From assembly GCA_964016885.1 (NCBI GenBank), contig OZ024743.1:277574001-277638000 (forward strand): a stretch of DNA of 64,000 nt, in the 5' to 3' direction. This DNA comes from Eledone cirrhosa (Eukaryota). The position numbers and the translations under genes were made by a program. The notes under the pieces are model-generated. The model saw only the letters and a list, made by a program, of their open reading frames with translations, ran no database searches and was not told the origin of the DNA. Shown here piece after piece: positions 42,183 through 56,779 of the stretch. Each line of letters begins with the position of its first letter. The stretch's first letter is position 1.

Positions 42183-44269
42183 TAGAGTGTGCCATAAAAA
42201 GCAAGGTCACAATACTAACGCCCCTGTGTATTTTCCCATTATAAATGCCCCAATTGGTAAAATAAAACATATTTTGTATAAAATAAATTATTTTGAGTTT
42301 TGCCTATATCATGGTGATTATAGTGGAAAGTGTAATTATGTTGCATGAAATCATGAAAATGTGAAACCAAATATGACCATACAATAATTGTTTATTTTAT
42401 TAATCCATTATATTTAGTAAACCAGCCTTGAATATAAAGGCGTACAAGGAAGAAACAAGTTCAGTTAAGTTAACTCCAGTCATATATTTTTCAGAGTTTC
42501 TTTTTTGAAATCCGGGACCTTGCGACGCTGAGCTTCGACTACTTGAAGAACACACTGCTTCTCCTCCTCATTCTTGGTGATGGCAACAAAATCAGTTATC
42601 AACTTGACTGCTCTCTTGATATTGTGAACAACAGCACAGGCATTTTGATATGACGCTTGTGATGACCAAGTTGTAGGTGACAGCTCAGGCCAAATATCGT
42701 CGACACCAAGGAGATCGAAGAGAAGCCTTGATTTCTTCCCAACTAAATGAGGCAGCTTCGTGGCCGACTTCAACTCGGGAAATACTGGAGCACCACGGTC
42801 GAGAGGCCCAGATGTTTTCGTTTTGACAAGACGTTGGGCTATTTGCTTCTTCTTGGACTCTTGGACCCGACTTGAAAACAGCGCTAGCGGGATGGCTTCC
42901 TACGTCAGGTACCAAAGATGCCTGCTCAGAGCAGTAGTGGCTGCCTGCGAGAGATCTCTGTCAACCTTACTGTACTGTGTCAACTCCACGTAGAATTGAA
43001 GGTCATTGGATGGTGCATCAGCACATTTGACTTCTGTCAGCCAGTATCGCACGTAGAACAGAGCATTGAACATACAGATTCGGCGCAACTTTTCCATTTT
43101 AGCTTGATCGTAATTGAGTCGCTCATCAAATGCATAGATCTTTGAACTATAGATGATTGTGGACATCCACCGAGCGTTATGATGTGCACCAGGCAGCATC
43201 CAATGAATTCCACGAGGAGGGGTGACACCAAGAAAGATCAACATCAACTCGGCACATTCTCGGTAGTCGTCCCGCGGAAGAGAACTCATTTTCCCATCGT
43301 CGGATGTTCTCAGAACACAGACGCTTGAGTCGACATTGTTCATTGTTTTAAAGTTGGTCTTGTCTGTGAGTGACACCCAATCTTTTCTTGTCTGACTCTG
43401 AGCTGTCTCTGGGTGGGTTTGAGGCCTGAAATTCAGGATCCTGTTCATCTTCAGTTTCATCATTGGTTGAACTTGAATCACTCAGTTCATTACGAGGAAG
43501 TTGTGCTGCTACAGATCCTGACAAACGCTTTCTATGGTTCTCTGACTCGACGAGCCACAGAAACCTGATCACGCTTAAACTTTGAAGATACCTTTTTCTG
43601 GTAACCCTTGTCTTCAACACTCAGAGATACTTTTTTCTAGCAACGCAGGGCTTCGAGAAATGTAGCATCTTCCATTTTCTGTTCATTATTACGAAGACGG
43701 TCTTTCAAAATTTTCTTTTCAGTATCAGTATGTCCAATGTAGAAATACGAATCCAATTCAGAAATAAATAGTGCTTCCTTTTCTTTGTTTGACTTAGAAC
43801 CTTTGTTTTTTTGTAAATTTCTGTATTCACTGTACATGTTCATAATATTCAGTTCCACTTTGTCTTTTCGTTGAGTCGCCACACCAGATTTTTCCCCCTT
43901 CCATCACAACCCTATCCGCAATAGCACCACTGAAGCTCACATGCTTTTCGTGTTTCATAGGACTATCTTTTAGGTAGAAGAAATATCTTAGAACACCCCC
44001 CTTTGTTGGATTTTTGTTTGGTGAAAAGGATGTAATATATTTCCCCAGAAGCCATATTTCTCGATCATCACAACGGAGCGAGTAGCTACAACTAGGCCCA
44101 CTGGTTTCCGCCATTATTCTGCCAATTTGCAACTATTAGGCAAGGCTTAAATTAGTCTGAAATAATCAAAATTACATTATAAATTGATAATATACAAAAT
44201 GGCATGAGAAAATGCATAGGGAGCTAAGAAAAAAACACTTTTGTGTAAAATGTGGGATTCTGGATCACC

Positions 44270-44272
<3 letters not shown>
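42183..44272 (-). mobile_element. Internally deleted hAT-like (hATm-type) DNA transposon
   Basis: Termini TAGAGTG / CACCCTA in ATATATAT flanks. ORF fragments with DDYRE, PGAHHNARWM, RHLWYL and RAVKLITDF. Subfamily assigned from recalled motifs. Confidence 0.75.
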
Positions 44273-44313
<41 letters not shown>

Positions 44314-44539
44314 GATTCAGTAGTGTCAGCGAAGTAGAAAGATAAGTAAGAAAAGGGTTGGGGAGACATAAGTCGGATTGACACGGACAATCGCGGAGAG
44401 ATGTTGGTCATGTGTAGTGGGGAGTTTATAGCAATAACAAAATATAAAGAAATGAAATATAATTGAACATTTATTCTTTTATTGGTGTCAGTTATTGGTT
44501 GTCAACCATGCTGGAAGACGGCCATCAAGTGTTATATAT

Positions 44540-44574
<35 letters not shown>

Positions 44575-44605
44575 TATATATATAAATATATATATATATC
44601 AATAT

Positions 44606-44812
44606 ATAGGAACGAGTAGGACCCCGACGGCTGAGCTCAAGCCGTTTCGACGGCTAATTCTGGATTCTGAACTCTGGAGTCAGAATTAGCCGTCGAAACG
44701 GCTTGAGCTCAGCCGTCGGGGTCCTACTCGTTTCTATTACCCACTCTACTACCCTAAGTATTGAGTACTTTAGTGCGTTATGGTCCATCTAGTTCCTTAC
44801 CACATTTCCTTC

Positions 44813-44815
<3 letters not shown>
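44606..44815 (+). mobile_element. Family F palindrome (44606-44737) plus tail
   Basis: 57-bp arms, 18-nt loop at 44663-44680. Confidence 0.75.
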
Positions 44816-44869
<54 letters not shown>

Positions 44870-44880
44870 GTGTATATTGA

Positions 44881-45425
44881 TATTTATTAAAATAACAGAT
44901 TAAAGTTTAAGCAAAGAATCGCTACGACTTCTGCTATACCATTTACGTGGTTTTGTCTTTGCGTGAAATTGTTCTCTACGCACCACATATGACGTATTAT
45001 CTTCGTTTTTTCCGTTCATTGCCAGAGAACGTCTCTATGAACCACCTAAGAGAATATTAGTCTACGACTTCTTTTATACCATAAACGTAGTTCTGTCTTT
45101 CCGTGTAATTGTTTTTCACCGCTCCTATTAGTGACGTATTATATTCGTTTTTTTTCCCGTTCTTTGCCAGGGAACGTTTCCACGATCCAAATTATCGTCT
45201 TCTTGTCTTCCTCCGGTTGCAACGTTTTTTGAAATATCCACTTCTGCGTTTACAGATTGACCTTGTTAGTTTCAGAAGATCCCGTTAAGGGTGAAAGCAG
45301 CGATTCTTTGCTTAAACTTTAATCTGTTATTTTAATAAATATTTGCTCTACGGTTCTTATATATTTGATATATATTTATCCTTATCGAGCCCTCTTTGGA
45401 TTTTAGTCTTCAAATTTATTATTAC

Positions 45426-45428
<3 letters not shown>
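44881..45428 (+). mobile_element. Family B element with internal tandem repeat and variant-core HHR (45268-45318)
   Basis: Inverted pLTR piece 44881-44922, two imperfect repeats (~44922-45033, ~45062-45180), then AGTTT-CAGAAGA-tCCC gttaa GGGt-GAAA-GCA..TGC-TT^AAACT. Confidence 0.75.
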
Positions 45429-45491
<63 letters not shown>

Positions 45492-45498
<7 letters not shown>

Positions 45499-46770
45499 AA
45501 TAACAGGAGGCTGGACTGGTGTAATTCCTTAAAGGTTTATTATACTATGAACATTTCAATGACCGGGTTCAGTATGAATCCGGTGACATCATCAGGTATT
45601 CGAAATTTAACAAAGGAATATAATCCATGGGGCTGAAAAGGTAGAGCGACAAGAAGGCGGCCACACATTTACCAGTTTCTAGTTCGGTATATAAACGGTC
45701 GTTTTTGGAAGCCCTTACTATGCAGGTGGATAAATCTCCGGGAAACAAAATGAGGTGACAATATGAAGAACTGGGATAAAAGAGGAAGGGGAAATAGGAA
45801 AAAGAAATGTAAAATGCAATGAAGTTACCTTGTAATCGATTTATTAGTCCCTATATTTCATGTTCATCCTTTATCAGGGGTCCGAAGGAACTTCGGAGAT
45901 ATGTCGGAGAGGAATCTATATGGCCGTGAGTTGCTTGTATCCGTGTCAGGCTGATGGAAATAAGCCAACATTCATCGGGGACGCGCACACGAAATCGGCG
46001 TGGTCATTTAGAGGGCGTTAAAGTTTGTAGTCACCACTAACGCGTGGGATGGGTGTGGTATGGCTGGTTCCGAGCTCATGCGTGAATGTTGTTGGCTCTT
46101 TGCATTCTGGTAGTGGCTCTGGTTGATGTGGTAAGTAGGCGAAAAGTTCGTGGCAGGTACAGCATAGCAGTTCGTCTGTTTGTTTGTATACCGGCAGGCG
46201 GACAGAATGTACATTAATTTTCATTCGCTCGTTTGTTATTCTGTGTATGTATTGTCCTTCGGATTAGACCAGTCATCGTGTTTCTGTCCTTTCGGATTTG
46301 TTGTTGATTTGCCGTTCCACTCGTTTGATCAAAAGTGCTTCCTTGTTCCGTCCGTCTTTGTTTCCACATTTGGTGATATGCTTCAGAAAGGACAAGGCTC
46401 TAGTGCTGACGTGCTCCTTGATTCGTATGTACAGCGGTCGAATGGTGGTGCATATATAGTAATCTTTGCACTTGTCACATTTGATCTTATAAACCACATA
46501 GGGCGAAAGCAACAGTCTGTGTAGCGTATAGGGCAATTGCTGGGGGAACACGTATTATCCGCGTGGTGTTTCTTCTTTGAAAGGCATCTCCTTAGGGAGG
46601 GTCCCGAATAGGCCAACCGAATCTTGAGACCCTTCCTTAGTATGGCTCTGCGGATAGTGCTGGTGGTTCTTTCGCCCAGGTACAGGATCTTGAGGAATCA
46701 CTTGTCGATCAGGTTTTTCCGCCTACTTTGTCTGGGGTTGCTTATTCCGTTGGTGAAGGATGCAGGATAT
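45492..46770 (-). mobile_element. Penelope-like element 3' end (GIY-YIG) with family D pLTR
   Basis: VVYKIKCDKCKDYYICTTIRPLYIRIKEH..EALLI..IN (ORF 46273-46551), with an HHR downstream. Confidence 0.85.
45542..45599 (-). ncRNA. Type I hammerhead (family D)
   Basis: ATAC-CTGATGA-tgtcACCGGaTTCA tac TGAAcCCGGTcatt-GAAA-tgttca-TA^GTAT. Confidence 0.8.
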
Positions 46771-46864
46771 GAGTATAGCTCTATATGAATACGAATATAA
46801 GAGACAGATGGATAGACAGATCCAAATGCAGACAGATTATATAGATACATACATACATACATAC

Positions 46865-47185
46865 ATGATGGCTGCCCCTTCGCTATAAGAGTATGGCCAT
46901 TGCACGATATACCATTATTAATAATTATTTATTAATTCTATCGTGCAATGCCTGAGCGTGAAGATATTTTTTTAAAGTGAGGAAAGACTGTGCACTGAGC
47001 CAATACCACTCTCTGGGCGACAGTAGCTATCATGCGAAAAGAAGAAAAGATCAACATCATTGGTAACTACTGAGCCGCAGGTTTTATATCGGAGTTATCC
47101 CAGTTTCCTGAGTTGCCTTCTCCTAGAAGAATGCCTTGACAAAGGCTAGGGGTCCTTCACTCCCAGTGGTTTAACCGCGCGGTAC
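46865..47185 (-). mobile_element. Diverged subfamily of the RTE-derived non-autonomous element
   Basis: Shares ttgtcaaggca..ctaggagaagg..ccaatgatgttga and the 3' end tggcc..ggcagcca(ATGT)n. Confidence 0.7.
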
Positions 47186-47440
47186 ATGTACTCGTATATA
47201 TACATATTTACACACTTTCGGATGGCCGTTGACTCTTATGAGTTCTTCCGCCCGTTGTCAGGTTTTGTTTTTTGTCCTGCAGGGTGTCCAAAATCACCCT
47301 CCTCACCAGGAAAACATGGTGGGGTTGCCGGTTTTGTCGCCGACGACCCGACCATGCGAGAAGTTGTACTGGGTTACATGTTACCAGTAGCACTCAAGAG
47401 TTACCCGACATACATACATACATAGATACATACATACATA

Positions 47441-48000
47441 CATGGTGGCTGCCAACTCGTTTTCGAGTACGGCCACTACTTTATATCCATGTAGGAGAAC
47501 CCCTACCGATGCGCTGAACGAGTGTGACATTTTAGTCCAGCCAGCGACTTGAAAACTCTGGTACAAACACTACACTTGTGACAATTATTGACACTTAGTG
47601 CTGGGCCCATGGTACCATGTGACGACAAGTGCCGAGAGATCTCCAGATATAAAGCAATGCCTGTGCCGTGAAGCTTTTATAGTGAGCAAAGGCACTGCAC
47701 AAAGCCAGTCCCACTCTCTTAACCAAGATGATATTTACCAAAAAGAAGAACAAGTCAACATCATTGGATACCATCAGGGTTGCAGGTGTTATATCAGAGT
47801 TTTCCTTCTCCTAGAATTCTGCCTTGACAAAGGCTAAGGGGTCATCTCTCCCGGTGATTTTGGATGGCTATTGACTCTTAAGAGCCCCTTTGCCTTTTGA
47901 CAGGTTTTGTTTTTAGTCCTGCAGGGTGTCCAAAGCCACCCTCTTCACCAAGAAACCTTGGTGGGGTTGCCAGTTTAGTCGCCAACGACCCGACCATGAG
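47441..48000 (-). mobile_element. Apparently full-length (~560 bp) RTE-derived non-autonomous element; 5' fragment at 47215-47356
   Basis: Reverse complement of 59669-60228. (CATA)n on both sides. Confidence 0.85.
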
Positions 48001-48740
48001 ACATACATACATACATACATACATACATACATACATACATACATACATACATACATACATACATACATACATACATACATACAGAGTCATGGAAGCTTAC
48101 ACAGGTAGATAAATAGACAGATAGTTTGTATTTCGGCATGTTGATTTCTATGTATGCCTTTAAGTGGGTCTGCCTGTAATTATGCATGTATATGAAATTG
48201 TTATTGGATCTCCGTTGTTTCTGATGATGAGTGCTCCAATGGAACTGCCTCTTCGTGAATGTAACGAGTGAGTTGCTGAGCAGTCCGCAGATATGTTTAT
48301 GCTTAACATAGTTTTCAGGGAAATTCAGCATGACATACATGACAATACTGGGCACTAAGATTACTGGTACAACTAATTTTTGTCATCTGAGTGGACTGGA
48401 GCAACGTGAAATAAAATGTCTTGCCCAAGGACTCAACGTGTCTCCCGAGCCAAGAATCGAACTCATGACCTTACGATCAAGAGCTGAACACCCTCGCTAC
48501 TAAATCGAACACCTTCGAATTACTTAAGGCCATTTACCTGGCAAAAATGAACTTTATCTGTAATTCAATGGGCTAACCTCATCAAAATATCTTGCCAAGC
48601 TGAATCTCCCTGACAACTAGGTTAAGTGGGCATTTTTGTGTGAAATCGACAGCCATTTACAGGTTAATTTCATGAACAGGCCGTTCCGTTGATAGAATCA
48701 ACGGGAGCATTCGTCGTTGGAAACGACGGTGATCCAATAA

Positions 48741-48952
48741 TAATTTCTAGTATAGGCACAAGGCCATTAATTTTGGATGAGTGGAAAGTCGATTAAGTCG
48801 ACTCCAGTGCGTTACTGATACTTTATTTTATCGACCCCGTAAGGAAGGATGAAAGGCAAAGTTAACTTCGGCGGGATTTGAACTCAGAACGTAAAGGTGC
48901 ATAACTCTATGCTGCAAAGCATGTTGTCCGACGCTCTACCGATACTGCCAAT
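48741..48952 (-). mobile_element. tRNA-derived SINE copy
   Basis: Reverse complement of the SINE core and B-box. Confidence 0.85.
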
Positions 48953-50258
48953 CTGCTGCCCTCGGTGATCTAATAATATGAACATAAAGTATCATACATG
49001 AACGGATGTGATGTAATGGTTTTTATAATACGCTCAGCTCACAATATATTTTATAATACAATATGTACAATATTGAAATACACACATACATAAAGCTACG
49101 CACAAACGCATATATAATATACATATGCGAGGTGTGAGTGTTTGATTGCGTATATGTATATCCATATATAAATATATGCATATACATACATACATATACA
49201 CATAGATACATACATACGTACACACACATATACAAACATGTATATAACAAATGTACATACATGCATACATATATGCCTACAAACATACATACATTTATAC
49301 GTACGTACATACATATACATACAAACACACATATATATATCATACGTACATACATACATATATGTATGTAGACACACATACATATATATCATATATACAT
49401 ACATATATACTTACATACATACATAAATACCTACTCACACACATATATATACCATACGTACATACATACATATATGTATGTAGACATACATACATATATA
49501 TCATACATACATACATGTGTGTGTGTGTGCGTGTGTGTATGCTTGAGTTTGTTATGCTTCAAAGATAATTCGGCTGGCCAGCTGAATTATCTAGAATGAA
49601 AACCTGTTTATCCAATGTCCAATTTGACTGTCGTGTAGTGCCCAGCCTAGCGTGAAAAACAACCTCACAACACACTGTCTCTCTCTGCATTCAGAACAGA
49701 GGTCGAAGTTAAACAGCAAAGGTCAAACAAGGTTAAACAGGCATGGACTTGACTGATGTCTGTCCTTTTTTGTATTTGGCAGCGTTTCTCCATCTTTCTG
49801 TCCACCTTAGTTTATTGACTGGATATTCACTATTTCGCCTTACCCATCATCACCTCCCCTCCAATACCATCGCCGCCACCACCACCACCACAAACGACAC
49901 CGTCACCATCACCATCAACCCCACCTCAACCACTAACAACAACGACAATCTAGCCACGATTATTATTGTCACTCCTTCCATTATCACTATACTACCACAA
50001 CGAGGCCAATAACAGCAAATACATATTATCATAAACATCAATAAGAATCACCACTATCACTACCACCACTATCAACTCATCGCTATTACCACCATCACGA
50101 CCACCACAATCACCACGACCAACACCAACACCTCTTTACACACTGTACCTGGAAAAAAAAAAGAGTAGACATGATAGTCACATTTGGAACGCCTTTGATC
50201 ATTAGTTAACCCAGTGCAGACTATGTGTTAAACAGCAGCACCCGCCGCCGAAAGTTGT

Positions 50259-50438
50259 TGGCAGTATCGGTAGAAGGTCAGACACCATGCTTCCCAGCAT
50301 AGAGTTATCTCTTTACGGTCTGGGTTCAAATCCCGCCGAGGTTAACTTTGCTTTTCATCCTTACGGGGTCGATAAAATAAAGTACCAGTAATGCACTGGA
50401 ATAATTGCTGGCCTTGTGCCAAAAGTAGAACAAATTAT
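50259..50438 (+). mobile_element. tRNA-derived SINE copy
   Basis: GGTTCAAATCC B-box plus core. Confidence 0.85.
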
Positions 50439-51199
50439 CTTTGTCACCATAATCACACCCACTGCAATATAAATTATCAGTAATAACAACAACCTCGACA
50501 ACAACAACTAATATAATCACATATGACAGCAGTGACAACAAGTTAAGTGATATCTTCAATTGCTAGAAACAATAGCCAAATCTCCCTCAAATATTAGCAT
50601 TCTCTCTATGGAATATAAAAGACAATTTAGTAATATATATCAAAATAGAACTAAAAAAGATGGGATGGTCATGTCTAGAATATCTTTGATCTCCACCAAC
50701 ACTAACGCAAGCACCATAGCTACAATAATCATGGCATTAACAAGGATAACGACTCTAATATTGATTACAACCACCAACAACGCCTCAATATTTATATAAC
50801 CCATCCAGTACAACCCTATCACCACCGCTATCTTCACCACCACTGCTTCCACTAGACCAACAACTATTGATTACTACCACCACCAGCGCTTCCATAAACA
50901 ACACAACCCACTCACCATCAACATCCCTATCTCCACTTCCACCTTCATCACCACCATCACCAGTATTGCCTCCACCAGAACAACAACAATACCTCTACAT
51001 CATCGCTATCACCCAGCACCCGCACAATGTGCAGTAAAACCAACATTAATAGCACAACCACCACTGCCTGCACCACAATCAACATCACCCAATATGGACA
51101 CAACCAGTATTAATACCACCACTACCTTCAGCAGCAACACCACTGCCACTACCGCCACCACAACAACCAACATAACCAACACCACCACCAACACCATCG

Positions 51200-51246
<47 letters not shown>

Positions 51247-51851
51247 GACAAGAAGAACAACAACATCAGCACCTGTCCTTGTTATCCTATGGATGATAAC
51301 GTTTTGATTGAAGGCAATCTGGTGGTCTCCCTTTAGAAAGCCATAGCATTTGATCTCTGCGATTTTATATGAAAGGATATTGGTTATTATTCATTGATCT
51401 GTGATTGAAATTCTCTGTTTGGAATTGTGGGCTTTTGTTTTGGAAGATAGGTCTATGCCAGCTCGCTCAGGCTTCTCGCGTCTTCTCATACAATTTCTTA
51501 AGCGGTCTGAGGCGGTCTCAAGCGGTTTTGGTAACTCCGACCAGGCAGACTGACTTATAAAACTCGTCAAACCACAACATGCAGTACTTGAAAAGGAAAT
51601 CATAACATTTAAAGTCAAAGGAACTAGCAGCTGTTGATGCTCTTACTGTTGTTGTAGTTGTTGCTATTGCTGTTTTTGTTGTTCGTACTTTTGTTGTGGC
51701 TGACGCTGGTATTGTTGTTGTTGTTGTTGTTGTTGCTGCTGCTGTGGCTGTTGTTGTGGTTGAAAATAGCAGTGACCATGTAAATGGTTCGGAGTAAATG
51801 AAGCATGGTATTGTCCAAAGTTATTGATGAAAGTTGAAGACAGGGACTAAG

Positions 51852-51898
<47 letters not shown>

Positions 51899-52539
51899 CA
51901 CATTCACACAGATAGAGAGAAATGCATATTATCTCGCATATCTCTTGCGTTCATTTGAGTGTATTTTATGTGAGTGTGATTGTGTGGGTTATGTGATTAC
52001 ATCTGTATGTATGTCATTGCGTCTGTATATCTCTATGTTTGTGCACATTTATGTGTTTACTTGAGCAATATATGTGAATGATTTGATGTGTGTGTGTGTT
52101 TTGCTTTGCGCATATCATCGTTTGAATGTTTTCAATTTTACTGTTTGCTCATGTATAGTTGTGGTTATATATCTGTATATAAACGCAGAGTAGCGGTCAG
52201 GTCACTTCCTACATCAGTTATGGAATAGAGAGAACAGATGGATGGGTAGGGGGTGGAGTGTAATTTAAAATTGTGAAAGATAGTAAGTAGATAACTGAAA
52301 TAATGAGAGAGTAAGACATAGTGAGTTTGAGAGTAAGAAAATAAGTAAATTAGACAGAGGGATTAATAGAAAGAGAGAAAGATAGATAGATAGATACATA
52401 GATACATAGATAGATATGTTTCTTTATTAGCCACAGGGGCACATAAGAAAGGGACAAATACAAAGGGGGAAGTTTACATACAATAAAAACATAGATACAT
52501 AGATAGATAGATAACTAATGGGTGGCAGAAAAAATTGAC

Positions 52540-52635
<96 letters not shown>

Positions 52636-52761
52636 GAGGGAGAGAGGAGAAAATAAGAATAATCACATGGAATGATATATATAGGCGTATATATGTGTAT
52701 ATATTTATGTATATATCTCTATGTCGGAAGTGTAAGATACAGATCATTCCATGTGATTATT

Positions 52762-52838
<77 letters not shown>

Positions 52839-52866
52839 TTTGAAGACGCACACACTCACACTCACG

Positions 52867-52916
<50 letters not shown>

Positions 52917-52998
52917 TATATAATATATCCCCCCCCCCACACACAAATATGTGTAAATATATATAGATAAATAGATAGATAGATAGATAGATAGAGAT

Positions 52999-53053
<55 letters not shown>

Positions 53054-53241
53054 AGCAGGAAGAGCGAAATACTGAGTGACTGAGAGATAGCGAAGACAGT
53101 CGGAGATGGTGGCTCTGTGATTGTAGTGTAGGGTTGTATGTAAGCGAGGAGTGCGTTTGTTTGTTTGTGTATGTGTGAGTGTGTTTATATATATATATAT
53201 ATATATATATAGATAGATATATCTATATATATATGTGTGTT

Positions 53242-53284
<43 letters not shown>

Positions 53285-53681
53285 AGAATTGAGAATGAAA
53301 ATTTTTCGAGATCGGAAATCAAGAGATGAAAGGAAATCTATGATGAAAGGTAGAATGGTATAGAGAGAAGACAAGAAGGCAAGAAGGGATATATATCTGC
53401 AGATGTTGGCGACTTTTGTCTTGGAATTTCCCCTCTGTCACGATTGGCAAAAGGTGAAGATCTTGCTTGCTATATAAATGGCGAGCGGTCGACGATAGAA
53501 GGGATTTTTCTTCAAATGTACAGAGAAATATTTGATAAAGTTCTTTGATAATCCCACACACCCAAACTTATACATACATACATACGTTTGTACTTACGTA
53601 TATGCATACATTTTCTGTTTTCTCTTTTTTCTTGTCCTTTGTTCCACCTGTTTCTATCTATCTATCTATCTATCTACCTAC

Positions 53682-53733
<52 letters not shown>

Positions 53734-55350
53734 ATATCTATTTATCTATCTATCTATATATCCCGGTATATCTTCTAGTGTCTCCTATCTTTTTTCTCTC
53801 CCAGGAATTATCTTTCCTTGTTTATTTTTTAACTTTCACCTTCCCCCATTCTTTCTCATTCTCTCTCTCTCTCTCCCTCACTCTCTCTCCCACTCTCGTC
53901 ACCTTCCTCTTACATATTCTCTCTTCTAGCTTTAAATCTGTTTCTCCCTATATACTTATATTCTCTCAACTATTATGATAGTTATTCACATAGGGACGAT
54001 TCCATTATGTATGTATACGTATATTTATATGTATGTGTGTATGTATGTATGTATGTATGTGTGTATGTGTGTATGTATGTGTGTATGTGTGTATGTATGT
54101 ATGTATGTATGTATGTATGTATGTATGTATGTATGTATGTATGTATGTATGTATCCCCGTCCATCATTACCTCATGGCGGTGTGGTAGGGGCACCATAAT
54201 CATATACAATGGAGATAACACGAGAACCTCTGCGTAGTCGATCGATTTTCTAGAAATAGTAGTCAAATTTCCCACAAATCACTCCCTACTGTCTTACATA
54301 AGAAAAAGACATATTAGATAATCCGGTCGGACATAACTAAAAGGCGGAGTATGCACAGTTGGAATAGCTTTGATCATAGTTCTACTGGATCAGGGTTGTC
54401 CTGGGGCTAAACAACAACAGCTCTATATATTTTCACAAACTCTCTAAACGTCCTTCTCTTCCTTTTTATCATTCAAAATCTCTCTCTTTTTTACTCTCTC
54501 TCACGTTTCCTCTACATTTCTAGTTTTTAATAGATACTCATACTCTTTCACTCTCTATGTACTTCTTACTCTATCACGTACAAGTCTTTCCTTTTCTTTT
54601 TAACTCTCTCTACATATATTTCTCGCTACGACACACATGTCCGCTCGCACACATACACACTCTCTCTCTATCTCTATCACACACACACACACACACACAC
54701 ACACTCTCTCTCTATCTCTCGCTCACACACATACACACACACAAAAAAACACTTCTCCCTTTTCTCATGCTATAGATACATGTTTATCACATTCCTCTAC
54801 CATGCACTTTTATTATCTCCTCACACAAACATCATTCACCACCCCAAACCCTTAGACTCTCTTTCACTCTATCTATCTCACCATTTCTCTAAATCCCTAT
54901 CTTCCTATCTCCCTATCTTTCTATCTCTCTCACACACTATCAATACCCAATCCATTGTCACTGAGGTCACCACCTCTGACCCCGGGGGTCACGACTGTCT
55001 TGCACAATAACTCTGTATGTGTCCACCCACTAGCAGCGACAAAAATCGAACTTGGACTCCCACTGTATACCCATGACACTTCCTCGTTCACAGCAAGATG
55101 AAGAGTAGTTAGATCCGCTGTGTGTATGTGAACATATGTATTTATGTGTATGTGCATGTGTGTGCATGTGTTTGTATATGTGTGGATACGTTTGTGTGTA
55201 TATGTGTGTGCGTGGATATGTGTGCTTCAGTGTGTATACTTGTATTTGAGAATGTTTGCTTGTGTTTGTGTGTGTGTGTGTGTGTGGGTAGTAATTATCC
55301 AGTGTGTGTGTATGCATGAGCATGTTTTTATTTGTGTAGGAGCATGTATG

Positions 55351-55530
55351 TGTGTACTTGTATGTGTGTACTTGTGTATGTGTGTACTTGTATGTGTGTA
55401 CTTGTGTATGTGTGTACTTGTATGTGTGTGCTTGTGTATGTGTGTACTTGTATGTGTGTACTTGTGTATGTGTGTACTTGTATGTGTGTACTTGTGTATG
55501 TGTGTACTTGTATGTGTGTACTTGTGTATG
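55351..55530. repeat. 30-bp minisatellite, 6 copies
   Basis: Unit tgtgtacttgtatgtgtgtacttgtgtatg. Confidence 0.95.
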
Positions 55531-55926
55531 TGAATGTGTGTTCGATTGCGTTTGCGTGTTGAAATACGTCTGTGTATGCAGGCACATGCATATGTAAGTG
55601 TGCGTGTATGTATACGTATGACGAAGATTGAGAGCGGTTGCTGGAATCTTTTAAGCCAATCCTCATTTGATTGTTCTCTGTTATCTGCCTATTTCCCAGC
55701 GCTGACCGTTGGTCAGTCTGACTTAAAACGGTTTTGATGGTTTGTTTAAAGATGAGTGGGGACACCTGGATTTGAAACCTCAGCATTCTACTTATCCGCC
55801 TTATGGAATGGCAGAGGTTAATTAACTCATTCCAGACGGCAAACTTCAGCTGAGCGGGAAAGTAAAATCAACCAGCTTTTGATATTTATCAGCAACTACA
55901 CGGACATCATCATGATCATGATTATG

Positions 55927-55968
<42 letters not shown>

Positions 55969-56173
55969 TTCACCATCAACATCATTATAAAATATTTATG
56001 CAATGCCAGTTCACCGTCCAACTGTTCACCATCTTTCCCATCATCTAATGGGCGTTATCATGTCACTGCTTCGTTATGCGCGTCTCTGTCATTCTTGCTG
56101 TCACCATCACGATTCTTCTTCACGTCATCATTTTCATCATCAATGGCATCAACCTTCTTTCTCTATGATGATA

Positions 56174-56497
56174 TAATTGTTTCTACTTTTGGCACAAGGC
56201 CAGCAATTACCCCCAGTGCATTACTGGTGCTTTATTTTATCAACTCCGTAAGGATGAAAGGCATAAATAACCTCGGCGGGACTTGAACGCATACCGTAAA
56301 GGAGAATAACTCTATGCTGCAAAGCATGGCGTCCGACTTTCTACCGATACTGCCAATAATAATAATGGTTTCTGATTTAGGCACAAGGCCAATAATTTTA
56401 GGGCAGGGGAAAGTTGATTATAATGATCTCAGTGCATTACTGGTGCTTTATTTTATCCACCCTGTAAGGATGAAAGGCAAAGCTAACCTCAATTGGA
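56174..56497 (-). mobile_element. Two tandem SINE copies
   Basis: Core at 56174-56356 and truncated at ~56360-56497. Confidence 0.8.
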
Positions 56498-56779
56498 TAT
56501 GTTGAAAAGTAAACCACATTTGGTCATCCCATAGGAGTATCAAGGTCAGCCAATGAACCTTTCAGTCTATGGACGTTTCATATAAAATATGAAAAACATT
56601 TCCAGTTACCCACCCAAACACAGTTAGGAACCCACTATTTAAGTTGGGTTGGAGTTCACCATATATTTCCTCACTCACCATATATTATATACCATTCGCG
56701 TCCAACCGAAATCATCTGTAGGTATTTTGTTCGGTGGGGTCGTCAATAAGCGAACGCAGATTTTAGAATATATTGAAAA

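Noticed and set aside
45845-45885. Minus-strand CTGATAA...GAAATATA-GGG
   Set aside because: G8 is missing and stem II is unconvincing.
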